Of a stretch of DNA of 64,000 nucleotides, positions 1 to 9,849 are shown in pieces; the first letter of the stretch is position 1, and each line of letters opens with the position of its first letter. The DNA lies in IMG/VR virus record IMGVR_UViG_3300031555_003397; one strand, given 5' to 3'. The position numbers and the translations under genes are program-made. The DNA is from a virus. Taxonomy: Duplodnaviria; Heunggongvirae; Uroviricota; Caudoviricetes. A model generated the notes under the pieces. The model ran no database searches and was not told where the DNA came from. It saw only the letters and a program-made list of their open reading frames with translations.

Positions 1-335
1 GTTGTAGTCCCATTATCTCACCTTCTTGGATTTTTTGATTTCTTTTAGGATTTGATTGATTTCTCCTCTGCGCTTCTTGCTCAAGGTCAAATACTTATCC
101 ATCATAGCTTCCAAGATTTCATCAGCAGGAATCATAACTTCAGCCATGACTTTTTGCTTTTCTTCATCACCAGCGCTTTCATCAATCAGCTTCTTATCAA
201 TTTCTACAAGTTCACCTTCGTGCGAAGTAGGAACGCATAGCACCTTTGCCAATCCCAAAAATTCCACCGGCTCCAGCGCAGGCAAGCTTTTTACAAAAAA
301 CTCGAAATCAGATTCGATTCTCTTTTCAAAAATTT

Positions 336-1670
336 TCATTTGTTCACCTTCTTTTTCTAGCGGTCATTTCTATCACAGATTTTACAACGAGTTGAGAAGC
401 CATCTTTTGAACGGGATTTTCGGACAAATTTGTCCGGATCAATCAACAAGACCTTTCCGCATCCTGTGCATTTTTTGAAATTCTCTGGAAAACTTAGATT
501 CTCTATAATCTTCGCATGGAACTCAGCTGTTTCATTGATGCGCGGAATTATCTTTTGACGGAAGATGGTGCTAATATAATTAGCCGTGTAGGACTTGTCG
601 TATTTCTTGTTTATAATGTCCGCTATGTCTTGATTTTTTGTTTTGTTGATTTTCAAGTCGAGGATTTCACGCTAGGCTTCAGTTAAGTCGGTCATCTCGA
701 TATAATATTTTAGAGTGTCCAAAAGTTTGCTAAGATTTGAGTTAACGGGCAGGGCGCTGATTGATTCTTCGAGTTCATTGAGTTGGCCGAATAGTTCATA
801 TATGTGCTCAAGATTTCCAAAGTCGAAGAAAATTGCAGGGCGCGATTCGGACTTTTTGGACCAATAGAACTATAAAACTTTTTGTAGGTCTGACTCATTA
901 TAAGTAGAAGGGTTTAAATCTCGTTCTGCTTTGAACAACAGGGCGCCAATTGAGCCAGTTTTAAGTCCCAAGGGAAATACCGGAATTTCTGCATCAAAGT
1001 CGGGGTCGACTGGGTCAATCTCTGGTTCAATAGGAGTATGACGGATATGTTTCTCTATGTAGGTGTCGCGCAATGTGAATTGCTCTCGGCGCAATTCGAC
1101 GATGAGATGGCGCTATTTGAGATATTTGAATTGGTTCCATTTGGAAGCAGTTGTTTCAGCATTGGTGAGTTCCTCTTGTGAAAAACGTTTTAAAAGGGCA
1201 GCACGAGGTGGCTCTTTACGGCGCCCGTGCGAAAATTCGTAGTAGTTGAGCATGAGTTCGATTGTGTCGATTCGTTTGAAGAGGTCTTCGAATACGGGGA
1301 CTAAGTGTGCAGGACATTCACTCAAGGTCTTTTTGCGGTCGAAGACTTCGCGGGCAACACGTGTGCGCGCTTCGGTGGGGCGACGTAAACTGGCCTCAGA
1401 AAATGTGGGAGACTCCATCAGGGCATCAAGGGATTCCGTATCATCTCGTTGCCATGTTTTGTTACGGGTTTCAATCTAAATTTCACCACGCTAGGTCACA
1501 TTTAGACCATCCGGGTCCTTGCCCCATAAAATGTAGTTAGCGATGGTTTCTAATTCGTCACTTGTAAGAGGAGTACGCTAAAACTAAGGTTGCTGTACAT
1601 ATTCATTTACAAAGTCACTGCGCCCATCGGTAGATTGGATTGAAAAATCCAAGTGTAATCGGTTTGCCAT
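336..1670 (-). CDS. Hypothetical protein (~444 aa) with C-terminal CxxC..CxxC zinc ribbon; 8 in-frame TAG read through
   Basis: One frame open from ATG 1670 to TGA 336-338. Track ORFs 1113-1418, 870-1094 and 357-656 share this frame, split only by TAG. Consensus promoter 1741-1773. Confidence 0.5.
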
Positions 1671-1740
1671 TTGTAAGCTTAAAACTCCTTTTTAGTGATT
1701 GATTGCGCGATAACTCGCAAGCTATCCGCTTTTTATACTT

Positions 1741-1773
1741 ATATTATATCATATTTGTTAATTGGTTGTCAAA
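1741..1773 (-). promoter_or_regulatory. Minus-strand sigma70 promoter (TTGACA-18-TATAAT)
   Basis: Read on the minus strand. Upstream of gene 336-1670. Confidence 0.5.
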
Positions 1774-1904
1774 TTTGAAAATACTGAAAGGATACCCCGG
1801 GGTGGTAGACGATTTTGAAAAATTCGTTTCGTAGATGTTTCCAAAATTATATAGTTTTTCGTATATGTTTCCACTTACATTTAGAACAAGCAAGGAGGAA
1901 TAAA

Positions 1905-2402
1905 ATGGAAATTTGGAGAGATATAGAACAATATCCAGGATATTAGGTTTCAAACCAAGGTTAGATAAAAAGTTTTAAGCAATCAAAAGAAGGACGCATT
2001 TTAAAACCCAAGATTAGTGCTGGATATGCTGGAATTGATTTTCGCAAAGATGGAAAAAGCTACTATGGTTTAGTGCATCGTATTGTATTGTCTACTTTCG
2101 CGCCCGTAGAAGGATGGGAAACTTTAACCGTTAATCATATAGATGGTAATTGTTTGAATAATAATTTAGAAAATTTGGAATGGATGACTCAATCTGAAAA
2201 TACTAAATATTCTAGAGAAATTTTAAAAACGGGTAATGCTGCTTAGAAAGTACATATAATTAAATTAAACGGAGAAGAATTATTCTATGATACAGTAACT
2301 GCTGCGGCAAAGGAAATGGGAGTGGCGAAAGGAACGATATCTAGATGGGCCAACAAACAAAGAAGTTATGAAGGCAAATATAAGCTGGTGGAATACGTGT
2401 AA
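1905..2402 (+). CDS. HNH homing endonuclease (HNH_3/AP2-like); 3 in-frame TAG
   Basis: RBS ggagg before ATG 1905. Motifs IEQYPGY*VSNQG*IKS and VNHIDGN..NN..NLEW.T..EN. Stop TAA. Confidence 0.55.
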
Positions 2403-2772
2403 TGCGTTTCCACCAGTTTTTTATTTCTGTGTTTTTTGTTTCCAGGGCCGGGAGATTTGGATTGTGCGATTTGTCAAAATTCCCAAAACCCCACCCCCAT
2501 CTTTGTGCATTTTGACGAACGAAAAAATGCAAGTTTTTCTTGACTTCCGTGCTATGCTGTGATAGTATATAGACACAGGGGAACACAAGACACCAACGCA
2601 AGTTTCCCTCGGTCGATAGCAAAACTAAATAAATGGTTTCAACCCTTGTGGGGTCGTGCGGTATCCGTTGTGCGTGTATGTGTCGGATAGTTGCGGATGG
2701 TAGCAAGGCAGTTTCACCGATAAAAAGCTAGAGTTTAGACGCATAAAAGCATACACAAAAAACAATTTAATT

Positions 2773-3348
2773 TTGAAAGGATTTGATTTTATGACTATTA
2801 AAGAAAGACGCATTTCCGCTATTCAGTATGAGCTGAGCAATACCACTAATCAAGGCGCAAGGGGTCGAGCTTTCGAGCTGATGTGCGCCCGTGAAAAGAG
2901 CCGCAAAGTCGCTGTTGCTAAGCAAGGCAAGACCGATGTGTCTGTCCGTGTGGTTGTCAATGGCAAAGCCAAGTACCTGCCCGCTGAGTGCAAGACCAAT
3001 GGCGGACGAGTCAATGACCTGCTTGACGGCTCTAACAAGTCCCGCTTCGTGATTTACAAGTTGGACTTCGTTCAGAAGCACAAGGCAACCAAGAAAGCGG
3101 AAGCATGGGAAGAGATCCGCTCCACCCCTGCCCTGTTGATTCCTACTAACCTGTTCACCGCTATGCTGATTGATTGCAACGCAATCAAGGAAGTCCGCCA
3201 CAATGGCGAGGTAGACGGCATTGCAATCCAGCCCAGCTCCAAGCGGATGTTTGAGCGACTGATTGCCTATGCTGAGAACTTCCCCGATATGGAATTCTCT
3301 CCCGAAGCTGATTACGAGGACTGGATGTTCGAGGGTCTGGAGCTGTAA
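2773..3348 (+). CDS. Hypothetical early protein (191 aa)
   Basis: Intact ORF with RBS aaagga. Long leader from promoter near 2530-2565. Confidence 0.5.
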   Translation: MKGFDFMTIKERRISAIQYELSNTTNQGARGRAFELMCAREKSRKVAVAKQGKTDVSVRVVVNGKAKYLPAECKTNGGRVNDLLDGSNKSRFVIYKLDFVQKHKATKKAEAWEEIRSTPALLIPTNLFTAMLIDCNAIKEVRHNGEVDGIAIQPSSKRMFERLIAYAENFPDMEFSPEADYEDWMFEGLEL

Positions 3349-3382
3349 GCTCCAGACTTTCCACTTTGAAAGGAGTTTTATT

Positions 3383-3682
3383 ATGCTGAAATGGTATGAA
3401 GAAAATGGAAAGCACCTGGGCTTTGACGATGACACCTATGTGTATCGTGTGGCTGAAGACGAGAACGGCTGGTATTACGAGCACATCATGACCCAGGATG
3501 GCTTTGATGGCTACGAAACTGCTGAAGAAGCTATGGCCGCAGCTGAAGTTGACTACGCAGAGTATGAAGCTGATATGCGCCACCTGCTTGAGCTGGATGA
3601 CGAGCCGCTGAGCTACGAGGAAGCAATGGAAGTCCTCGGTGATATGCTGTATGATGAAAGAAAGGAAGAGGGGCTGTTTTAA
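3383..3682 (+). CDS. Hypothetical acidic protein (~99 aa)
   Basis: RBS aaaggag before ATG 3383, stop TAA. Acidic, Y/E/D-rich. Confidence 0.45.
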   Translation: MLKWYEENGKHLGFDDDTYVYRVAEDENGWYYEHIMTQDGFDGYETAEEAMAAAEVDYAEYEADMRHLLELDDEPLSYEEAMEVLGDMLYDERKEEGLF

Positions 3683-3707
3683 CAGCCCCATTGAAAGGAG
3701 TATAACA

Positions 3708-3956
3708 ATGGAGTACAACAACGAGAAGACTATCAAGCGCATCCATGACCTACTGTTCCTGCTGGAGAGCGATGCTGCCATGCTGAAGAGTGACCGCCTG
3801 GGCGAGGGCGTGAGACTGGAAGCAAGCACCGAAGAACTGGAAGTGTGCTACCGCACCTGCGAGCTGATGGAAGACTACGTTGAGCGCGCCAAGACCCTTA
3901 TCGGCAAGATGCTGGATGAGCGCGAAGACATGGAAGCTGAGGACGAGGGCGAGTAA
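3708..3956 (+). CDS. Hypothetical protein (82 aa)
   Basis: RBS gaaaggag, then ATG 3708. Confidence 0.45.
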   Translation: MEYNNEKTIKRIHDLLFLLESDAAMLKSDRLGEGVRLEASTEELEVCYRTCELMEDYVERAKTLIGKMLDEREDMEAEDEGE

Positions 3957-3985
3957 TCGCCCTCACATTTTGAAAGGAGAATAAT

Positions 3986-4318
3986 ATGTATAAAGTTTAT
4001 AGTTACAGAGAAAACATGAAAAGTGGTGAGGTTATTTGCCACTGTCAGCGCAATGCTCCCACTATTGAGGAAGCAAGAGAACACAAAAGACGTTTATCCA
4101 ATCGTGGTAATGGTACTGTAAAATATATTATCATTCATGAAAGTTCTGTTTCCATGCTTATGGAAAGAGTTGCCCGCAGACAGGAAGAAATCTATCCTCA
4201 TAGTGAGGTGGTCAAAGTACAGGAAAGACTTAGACTTTTGAGAGAAAAGACAAGTTCTGGAAAAAGATGCGTACAAGATGCCGCAATTTTTGCAAAAACT
4301 GGCAAATGGGTGAGATAA
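3986..4318 (+). CDS. Hypothetical protein (110 aa)
   Basis: RBS gaaaggag, ATG 3986, stop TAA. Confidence 0.45.
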   Translation: MYKVYSYRENMKSGEVICHCQRNAPTIEEAREHKRRLSNRGNGTVKYIIIHESSVSMLMERVARRQEEIYPHSEVVKVQERLRLLREKTSSGKRCVQDAAIFAKTGKWVR

Positions 4319-4344
4319 TCACCCATTTGTTTTCTCAATTTTTA

Positions 4345-4411
4345 TTTAGATGTGTTACGTCTAAATGAAGCGAAAAAACTTCTTGCAATTTCCTAATTCA
4401 TGTGATATACT
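4345..4411 (+). promoter_or_regulatory. Palindrome + sigma70 promoter unit (TTTAGATGTGTTACGTCTAAA; -35 TTGCAA, -10 TATACT)
   Basis: Member of a 10-copy family. The palindrome is centred about 62 bp upstream of the predicted transcription start. Confidence 0.5.
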
Positions 4412-4458
4412 AATTTTAGAAAGGGAAAGGAAAATCCCAAAAACCAGAAAGGAAAAAT

Positions 4459-4662
4459 ATGAAAATTTTTGTCTACAAGGATCAAATCGTCTCTTTGGAA
4501 AATTTTGCAAAAATTTCTCCAATATCTAGCACTGTTTTGGAAGTTCGTTATCACAACAGTGAGAGACAAACAATTTATTTTGATAAAGCGAAAGACCTTA
4601 CCGAGGGAGTAGCAAAAATTGTAGAAATACTGCGCGAACCCATTCAGGAAAAGTCTATCTAA
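4459..4662 (+). CDS. Hypothetical small protein (67 aa)
   Basis: Palindrome+promoter unit 4345-4411 upstream, RBS aaagga. Confidence 0.4.
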   Translation: MKIFVYKDQIVSLENFAKISPISSTVLEVRYHNSERQTIYFDKAKDLTEGVAKIVEILREPIQEKSI

Positions 4663-4712
4663 TATTTGACAGATTCGGCGCAGAAATGCGCCGTTTCCTT
4701 TCTAGAATTTTA

Positions 4713-4778
4713 TTTAGACGTGTTCCGTCTAAATCATGGGAAATTAGTTATTGACTTTTTGGAATTTATTGTGTATAA
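4713..4778 (+). promoter_or_regulatory. Palindrome + promoter unit (-35 TTGACT, extended -10 TGTGTATAAT)
   Basis: TTTAGACGTGTTCCGTCTAAA, TTGACT at 4750-4755, TATAAT at 4773-4778. Confidence 0.55.
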
Positions 4779-4942
4779 TACAGGTACAAGGTCGGTTGAG
4801 AGTAACGGACACGGGCATGGCAACTCTCCCCTTGCTGCCGTGGGTGATAGGGAGGCAGTCGGAAGCAGGCACTCCGCCCAAACCTGGCACCAATTGCCAC
4901 CATAATTTTAACTAAGGTGGAGCGTTTTCTGGTAACGAATAA

Positions 4943-5010
4943 CCAGGTTCTATTTAGACGTATCACGTCTAAATTTTCTGAAAAATATTCTTGACTTTTC
5001 CGCACGTCCA
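4943..5010 (+). promoter_or_regulatory. Palindrome + promoter unit
   Basis: TTTAGACGTATCACGTCTAAA, TTGACT-17-TACAAT. Confidence 0.55.
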
Positions 5011-5051
5011 TGGTACAATGTACTTACAGAAAACGAAAGGGGAATACCAAT

Positions 5052-5378
5052 ATGAAAAAGAATACTATCCATTTAATCAGTGTCATCCTCGCCCTCATCT
5101 TCGTTGCCTTTGGCGCCTATACTTTTGGTTGGACTCAAGGCGAATCTTTCGACCCAACCAGCACATACACCTCACCTGCACGGGTGATAGAAGTTGATAA
5201 ATCTACTGGCTGGGTCACATTCGTTGACTGGGCTGGTGAAGCATGGTGTATCCGTGGTGAAGGTTATGTGGTTGACCAGTTGGTCATTATTACATTCAAT
5301 GACAACAATACTGAATCCATTTATGATGATTTGATTGTTGACGTTGATTGTCTGGTGGATATTGAGGAAGTCGAATGA
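5052..5378 (+). CDS. Hypothetical membrane-anchored protein (108 aa)
   Basis: RBS aaagggga. Has an N-terminal hydrophobic helix. Confidence 0.45.
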   Translation: MKKNTIHLISVILALIFVAFGAYTFGWTQGESFDPTSTYTSPARVIEVDKSTGWVTFVDWAGEAWCIRGEGYVVDQLVIITFNDNNTESIYDDLIVDVDCLVDIEEVE

Positions 5379-5395
5379 CTTCCTCTTTTTATTTG

Positions 5396-5462
5396 TTTAG
5401 ACGTATTACGTCTAAACAAGGATGATTTTGTTCTTGACTTTCGATTAGGTCTATGGTATTAT
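5396..5462 (+). promoter_or_regulatory. Palindrome + promoter unit
   Basis: TTTAGACGTATTACGTCTAAA, TTGACT-17-TATTAT. Confidence 0.55.
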
Positions 5463-5508
5463 ATAGGTGTCAAGGGGAGATACCCAAAGACAGAAAGGAA
5501 GTAAAATT

Positions 5509-5907
5509 ATGAGAGTGTCCAAAAGAATTGCAGAGTTTGTGCGCCAGGAAGTAGAAAAGGCAATCCCTTACGGTGCGCCCACCGAGGAATACAATACCGC
5601 TAGAGCGGCTATGATTCAGACTACAGAGGAACTGAATGAAAAGATAAATGAATATGCGGCTCAGCTGATTGCTGGTGTCACCCACCTGCCCGAAGGTTTC
5701 AAGATTTACCACAATTCCAACTGCTACCTGTCCCACTCGGACTGGAACAGCTCCTTGTCCGTGGCTCGTAATGAGCATGAAAAGAAAGTGCGTGACCAGC
5801 GCAAGAAAGCGGTTGACTCCATTCTCATCAGTCTGGAACTCGGCGCAACCAAAGCAGAACTCGCAACCATTATGAAAGAAGTTATCGCAGAAGTTACTGC
5901 GGAATAA
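5509..5907 (+). CDS. Hypothetical protein (132 aa)
   Basis: RBS gaaaggaag. Leader starts GGUGUCAAGGGGAG. Confidence 0.45.
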   Translation: MRVSKRIAEFVRQEVEKAIPYGAPTEEYNTARAAMIQTTEELNEKINEYAAQLIAGVTHLPEGFKIYHNSNCYLSHSDWNSSLSVARNEHEKKVRDQRKKAVDSILISLELGATKAELATIMKEVIAEVTAE

Positions 5908-5951
5908 TATAGGAGGGGAGGAAACTCCCCTTCCTTTCTTTTTGTAGAATA

Positions 5952-6018
5952 TTTAGACGTATTGCGTCTAAACATTTTCAAAATAAAACTTGATTTTTTA
6001 GAAAATATATGATATTAT
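5952..6018 (+). promoter_or_regulatory. Palindrome + promoter unit
   Basis: TTTAGACGTATTGCGTCTAAA, TTGATT-17-TATTAT. Confidence 0.55.
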
Positions 6019-6039
6019 ATTGTTACAGAAAAGAAAGGA

Positions 6040-6498
6040 ATGATTCAAATGAAAAACGTTTATATCAATTTTGACATGGATGGAACGATTGCAGATTTCT
6101 ACAATGTTCCGCACTGGCTCGAAGCAATTCGCGCATTTGATACACATCCTTATGAGGTGGCGCGCCCTATGTTCCATCGCACATGGATGACCCGACAGCT
6201 AAACCGCTTACAGGGTTGTGGTTATAAGCTGAGAATCATCACCTGGACTTCTAAAGAGTCTACACCGGAATTTGATGAAGCAACCAAGACTGCAAAGCTG
6301 AATTGGCTGGCAACTAATCTCCCGGCTGTACATTGGGATGAAATTCATGTTGTTCCCTACGGCACTCCCAAACATCTGGTTGGTGACGAACCTGGCGGAA
6401 TCCTGTTTGATGATAATGAAGCTGTCCGCCACGACTGGGGCGATGGCGCATACGATGAGCAGGAGCTGTTCACAATTCTGAAAAGACTTGGCCTTTAA
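6040..6498 (+). CDS. HAD-superfamily phosphatase (5-prime-nucleotidase-like)
   Basis: DMDGT motif I (NFDMDGTIADF). The start could instead be ATG 6049. Confidence 0.55.
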   Translation: MIQMKNVYINFDMDGTIADFYNVPHWLEAIRAFDTHPYEVARPMFHRTWMTRQLNRLQGCGYKLRIITWTSKESTPEFDEATKTAKLNWLATNLPAVHWDEIHVVPYGTPKHLVGDEPGGILFDDNEAVRHDWGDGAYDEQELFTILKRLGL

Positions 6499-6514
6499 GG
6501 TCAAGTTCTTTTCA

Positions 6515-6581
6515 TTTAGACGTATTACGTCTAAATCATCCGAAAATAGTTCTTGCATTTTTGGAAAATCTATGATATTAT
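6515..6581 (+). promoter_or_regulatory. Palindrome + promoter unit
   Basis: TTTAGACGTATTACGTCTAAA, TTGCAT-17-TATTAT. A second promoter sits at 6730-6765 (TTGACA..TATAAT). Confidence 0.55.
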
Positions 6582-6837
6582 ATTGGTGTCAAGGGGAGGG
6601 GAACCAACCCAAGTAGGCTCTGCGGTGCGTGATGTTGTCCACGATGGTCGAACCTTTTTGTCAGATGCTGTAACTGTCCTACCTTTTCGGCAGACAAAAT
6701 TTTTCAAAAATTATTTTTGAAAAACCCCTTGACAACCAGTACAATATGTGCTATAATGATAAAGCAGTGAGGGACAGGAACCCTCTGCTAAATAAAATGG
6801 GTGGCGAACCTACCGCCGAATATGAAAGGAGTCTATT

Positions 6838-7230
6838 ATGACTAACCGTGAGTTTTTTGTGAATGTGTCCAAGAATATCGTTGGCGAAGCCGAAGTTGCA
6901 CACGCCCTGGAGCAGATTGCGAAGCTGGATGCAACCAACGCCAAGCGTGCTGAACAGCAGTCCGCCAAGTCCAAGGCGAACGAACCCCTCAAGATTTCCA
7001 TTCTGAACCTGCTGACCGAAAAGGGTGGCATGACCTCTCCCGACATTGCCGAAGCTCTCAACAAGCAGGGCGTGACCACCGCTGATGGCGATGAAGTTTC
7101 CACCTCCAAGGCTTCCTCCATGTGTCGCCAGATGGTCGAAGATGGTCGCCTGACCGTGACCGAAATCAAGATTCCCAAGAAGGGCAAGATGAAGCAGTAC
7201 GCCGTGGCAACCACGGCTGATGCCGAATGA
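6838..7230 (+). CDS. Hypothetical early protein, paralog A (130 aa)
   Basis: Paralogous to 9850-10230: MT(N/K)REFFV(N/K)VS at the start, KASS(M/L)CR..V..EIKIPKKG..K.Y at the C-terminus. Confidence 0.5.
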   Translation: MTNREFFVNVSKNIVGEAEVAHALEQIAKLDATNAKRAEQQSAKSKANEPLKISILNLLTEKGGMTSPDIAEALNKQGVTTADGDEVSTSKASSMCRQMVEDGRLTVTEIKIPKKGKMKQYAVATTADAE

Positions 7231-7276
7231 TAAAATGGGGCGAGAGAAATCTCGCCCTTTTTCTCAAAAATTTTTA

Positions 7277-7343
7277 TTTAGACGTCTTGCGTCTAAACAA
7301 TAAACAAAAATAATTTGACAAAAATAAAATTTTATGATATAAT
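7277..7343 (+). promoter_or_regulatory. Palindrome + promoter unit
   Basis: TTTAGACGTCTTGCGTCTAAA, TTGACA-17-TATAAT. Confidence 0.6.
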
Positions 7344-7376
7344 TTTTATAGAAAATAAAAGAAAGGAAAAATAAAA

Positions 7377-7808
7377 ATGAAAATTTATCTTGCTTCTCCC
7401 TTCTTTAATATCAATGAAATCCTCATGTACGAAGGGGCAATTGAAGGTCTGCGCGCCAAGGGTTATGATGTTTATGTTCCTCGTGAGCATACAATCGAAG
7501 GTGCCTGGCAGATGCCGAATAAAACCTGGGCTGGCTATGTATTCGATGAAGATGTGCGCGCCATCAATGACTGTGATGTAGTTCTCGTTATGAACCATGG
7601 TATGTACTCCGACAGCGGCACAGCTTGGGAAGCTGGCTATGCTATGGCCGCTGGGAAAAGAGTTGTACAAATTCTTTGCGGCGAACCCAACACTACATAT
7701 TCTATGATGATGATTTCCAGCGCAGATAAAGTTGTAGAATATTACAACGTCGAAAACTGGGAAGAAGTCAGCGCAGAAACTTCTCTCGATAAGGTCATTC
7801 AGAAATGA
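7377..7808 (+). CDS. Nucleoside 2-deoxyribosyltransferase family protein
   Basis: YLASPFF..., DSGTAWEAGYA, RVVQI. This is the PF05014-like pattern. Confidence 0.6.
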   Translation: MKIYLASPFFNINEILMYEGAIEGLRAKGYDVYVPREHTIEGAWQMPNKTWAGYVFDEDVRAINDCDVVLVMNHGMYSDSGTAWEAGYAMAAGKRVVQILCGEPNTTYSMMMISSADKVVEYYNVENWEEVSAETSLDKVIQK

Positions 7809-7818
7809 ATGACTTTTA

Positions 7819-7885
7819 CTTAGACGTAACACGTCTAAATTTTCTGGAATTTTCTATTGACAAATAAAAAATTATATGTTAAAAT
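7819..7885 (+). promoter_or_regulatory. Palindrome + promoter unit
   Basis: TTAGACGTAACACGTCTAAA, TTGACA-17-TAAAAT. Confidence 0.55.
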
Positions 7886-7920
7886 ATCCATGTAAATCAG
7901 AAAGGAAAGGATGATTACAG

Positions 7921-8259
7921 ATGGCAAAGTTGACTAGGAAGCAACTTGACGAAGAAATCAAGTTGCGCTTTTTGGAGGGTGTTTCCGAGCATCTCGAAAA
8001 TTGCGGTGAGGAAGTTCTGCGCGTAAAGTCCAACGAAATCGCCCTGCCTGTCGTTGACAGTGACGGTGAGGAACGCTGGCTTGTGCTGACCTTCAAAGTC
8101 CCTACTGGCGAGCGTGGCGGCGACCCCTATGACGGCTACTCCATGGCCGAGGACTACAAAATGAGCCTTGAGAAAAAGGCGGCAAAGGCGGCTGAAAAGG
8201 AAGCCGAAGCCGCAAAGAAAAAAGCAAAGCAGGAAGCAAAAAAGGAGGCGGGGCAGTAA
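7921..8259 (+). CDS. Hypothetical protein with K/A/E-rich C-terminal tail
   Basis: Intact ORF, no closer identification. Confidence 0.4.
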   Translation: MAKLTRKQLDEEIKLRFLEGVSEHLENCGEEVLRVKSNEIALPVVDSDGEERWLVLTFKVPTGERGGDPYDGYSMAEDYKMSLEKKAAKAAEKEAEAAKKKAKQEAKKEAGQ

Positions 8260-8277
8260 TGCTCCGCTTTTCCTATA

Positions 8278-8354
8278 TTTAGACGTATTACGCCTAAATA
8301 AGTTCTGGAATTTTTGGAAAATGTATTGACTTTTGTTTTCATATATGGTATTAT
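8278..8354 (+). promoter_or_regulatory. Palindrome + promoter unit
   Basis: TTTAGACGTATTACGCCTAAA, TTGACT-17-TATTAT. Confidence 0.55.
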
Positions 8355-8416
8355 ATCCATGTCAGGTGAGGGAAACGAAGGTACACCCCACCAATAAAGA
8401 AAGGATTTGATTTATT

Positions 8417-9325
8417 ATGAAAGCAAGCGTTAGTGTGAAGTTTGACCGTCGGCGCAAGTATTATCTTGTGTTGGATTGCGAATCCGCAACCCTGCCCTGC
8501 GCGGGCAACCTGCCGGCAGAAGCAAAGAAAAATGTGGCGATTGCAAAACCGCTCATTTATGACCTGGGCTGGAAAATTATCGACAAAAAGGGTAGAGTCT
8601 ACAGCCGGAAAAATTTTCTGATTTCTGAGATCTTCTCCGTCCCTTCCATTTTCGATACCGCCTATTATGCTTCCAAACGTCCTTTATATATCGAGAAGCT
8701 GAACCGGGGCGAAATCACTTTGACCGACTGGAAAACCGCTTCCGCTGAACTGGTGGCGGACATGGAGCACGTCGAAGCTGTCGGCGCCTATAACTCCATG
8801 TTTGACTTCAAGAAAGCAATCCCCTTTACTGAGTTGTATATCAATCAGCTTTACTCCCCCGACTTCCATGACTGGCTGAGAAATCAGAATCAGATTTGCG
8901 AAAAAATCGCAAACGGTTTTGGCTCCTCCAATTCCAAAGAGTTTGACCCCGATGTTTTCCGCTTCCGTGGCAAAGTTTATCCCCTGTTTGACCTCTGGGG
9001 CCTGTCCTGTAAGTACATCATGGATAATGATGAATATAAGGCGACTTGCCTGCGCAACGGATGGCAGACCGAAAGCGGAAAATATTTCAAGACCTCTGCC
9101 GAAACCGCTTACAGATTCGCCTCTGGTAAACTGGACTTTGATGAAGCCCACACCGCCATTGACGATGCCGACATCGAAAGTGAGATTTTCGCCTTGATTG
9201 TCAAGAAAGCCAAGAATCAGGTTGAAATGGGAATTGAGTATTTCCCCTTCCGTATCCTCGGCACTGTTAAAAAGTTTGTATATCAGCATCCCGAATTTGC
9301 TGATTACATCGACTGTGATTTCTAA
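8417..9325 (+). CDS. DEDDh 3-prime-5-prime exonuclease (DnaQ-like)
   Basis: Exo I LVLDCESAT, Exo II YNSMFDF, Exo III HTAIDDADIESEIF. Confidence 0.6.
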   Translation: MKASVSVKFDRRRKYYLVLDCESATLPCAGNLPAEAKKNVAIAKPLIYDLGWKIIDKKGRVYSRKNFLISEIFSVPSIFDTAYYASKRPLYIEKLNRGEITLTDWKTASAELVADMEHVEAVGAYNSMFDFKKAIPFTELYINQLYSPDFHDWLRNQNQICEKIANGFGSSNSKEFDPDVFRFRGKVYPLFDLWGLSCKYIMDNDEYKATCLRNGWQTESGKYFKTSAETAYRFASGKLDFDEAHTAIDDADIESEIFALIVKKAKNQVEMGIEYFPFRILGTVKKFVYQHPEFADYIDCDF

Positions 9326-9367
9326 GAGAAGTGTCCGCCACTGGCGGACATTTTTCATGGGCAGTTA

Positions 9368-9388
9368 TTTAGACGTGTTGCGTCTAAA
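9368..9388 (+). promoter_or_regulatory. Palindrome TTTAGACGTGTTGCGTCTAAA, followed by a cluster of TTGACA boxes
   Basis: Tenth copy. TTGACA(T/A) repeats at 9445-9600. Confidence 0.45.
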
Positions 9389-9639
9389 TTTAATTTTTTC
9401 AAATTTTCTTTGTGCAATTTACACAATTTTCCTTTAGGTTGACATAACAAGTTGACAAATAATTATGGAATTTTATGCGGGCCAAAATTTGACATCACTT
9501 AAAATTTGACTTGTCCGGCACGGCACCACTGTCGGTGTCAAGTTTCCACCCCTGTCAAATTTCCAAAGCAGCTACAAACCAGCTACATCAGCTGCGCCAG
9601 CTGCGTTTTGTCAAATTTTCATAGCAGCTGCTAAACTTT

Positions 9640-9790
9640 GAAAAAGCTGGAAATTTAAGGTATAATATATGTGTAAGGTTGAGAGAGATATAACAGAAAA
9701 AGCTGTAAAATCTTTTGGGAAATCTTACTTGCCGAAATTTGAAAAAGCTACAAATTTCTGGTATAATATATATAGAAAGTAAGAGAGATG
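9640..9790 (+). promoter_or_regulatory. Tandem duplicated promoters (two copies of ..AAATTT..GGTATAATATAT..AGAGAGAT..)
   Basis: Two 55-bp near-repeats upstream of 9850-10230. Confidence 0.45.
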
Positions 9791-9849
9791 TAACTCTTAA
9801 CTTATAAACATTTTATGGGTCGCGACCAACGCGAGAAGGAGAAACGCAA

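Noticed and set aside
4345-9388. The ten TTTAGACGT..ACGTCTAAA repeats as a CRISPR array or as intrinsic terminators
   Set aside because: They are 450-700 bp apart and separated by genes, and they are palindromic, so they are not CRISPR repeats. The stem is short and AT-ended and lacks a U-tract, and it sits at a fixed distance from the promoters, so it is more likely a protein-binding site.
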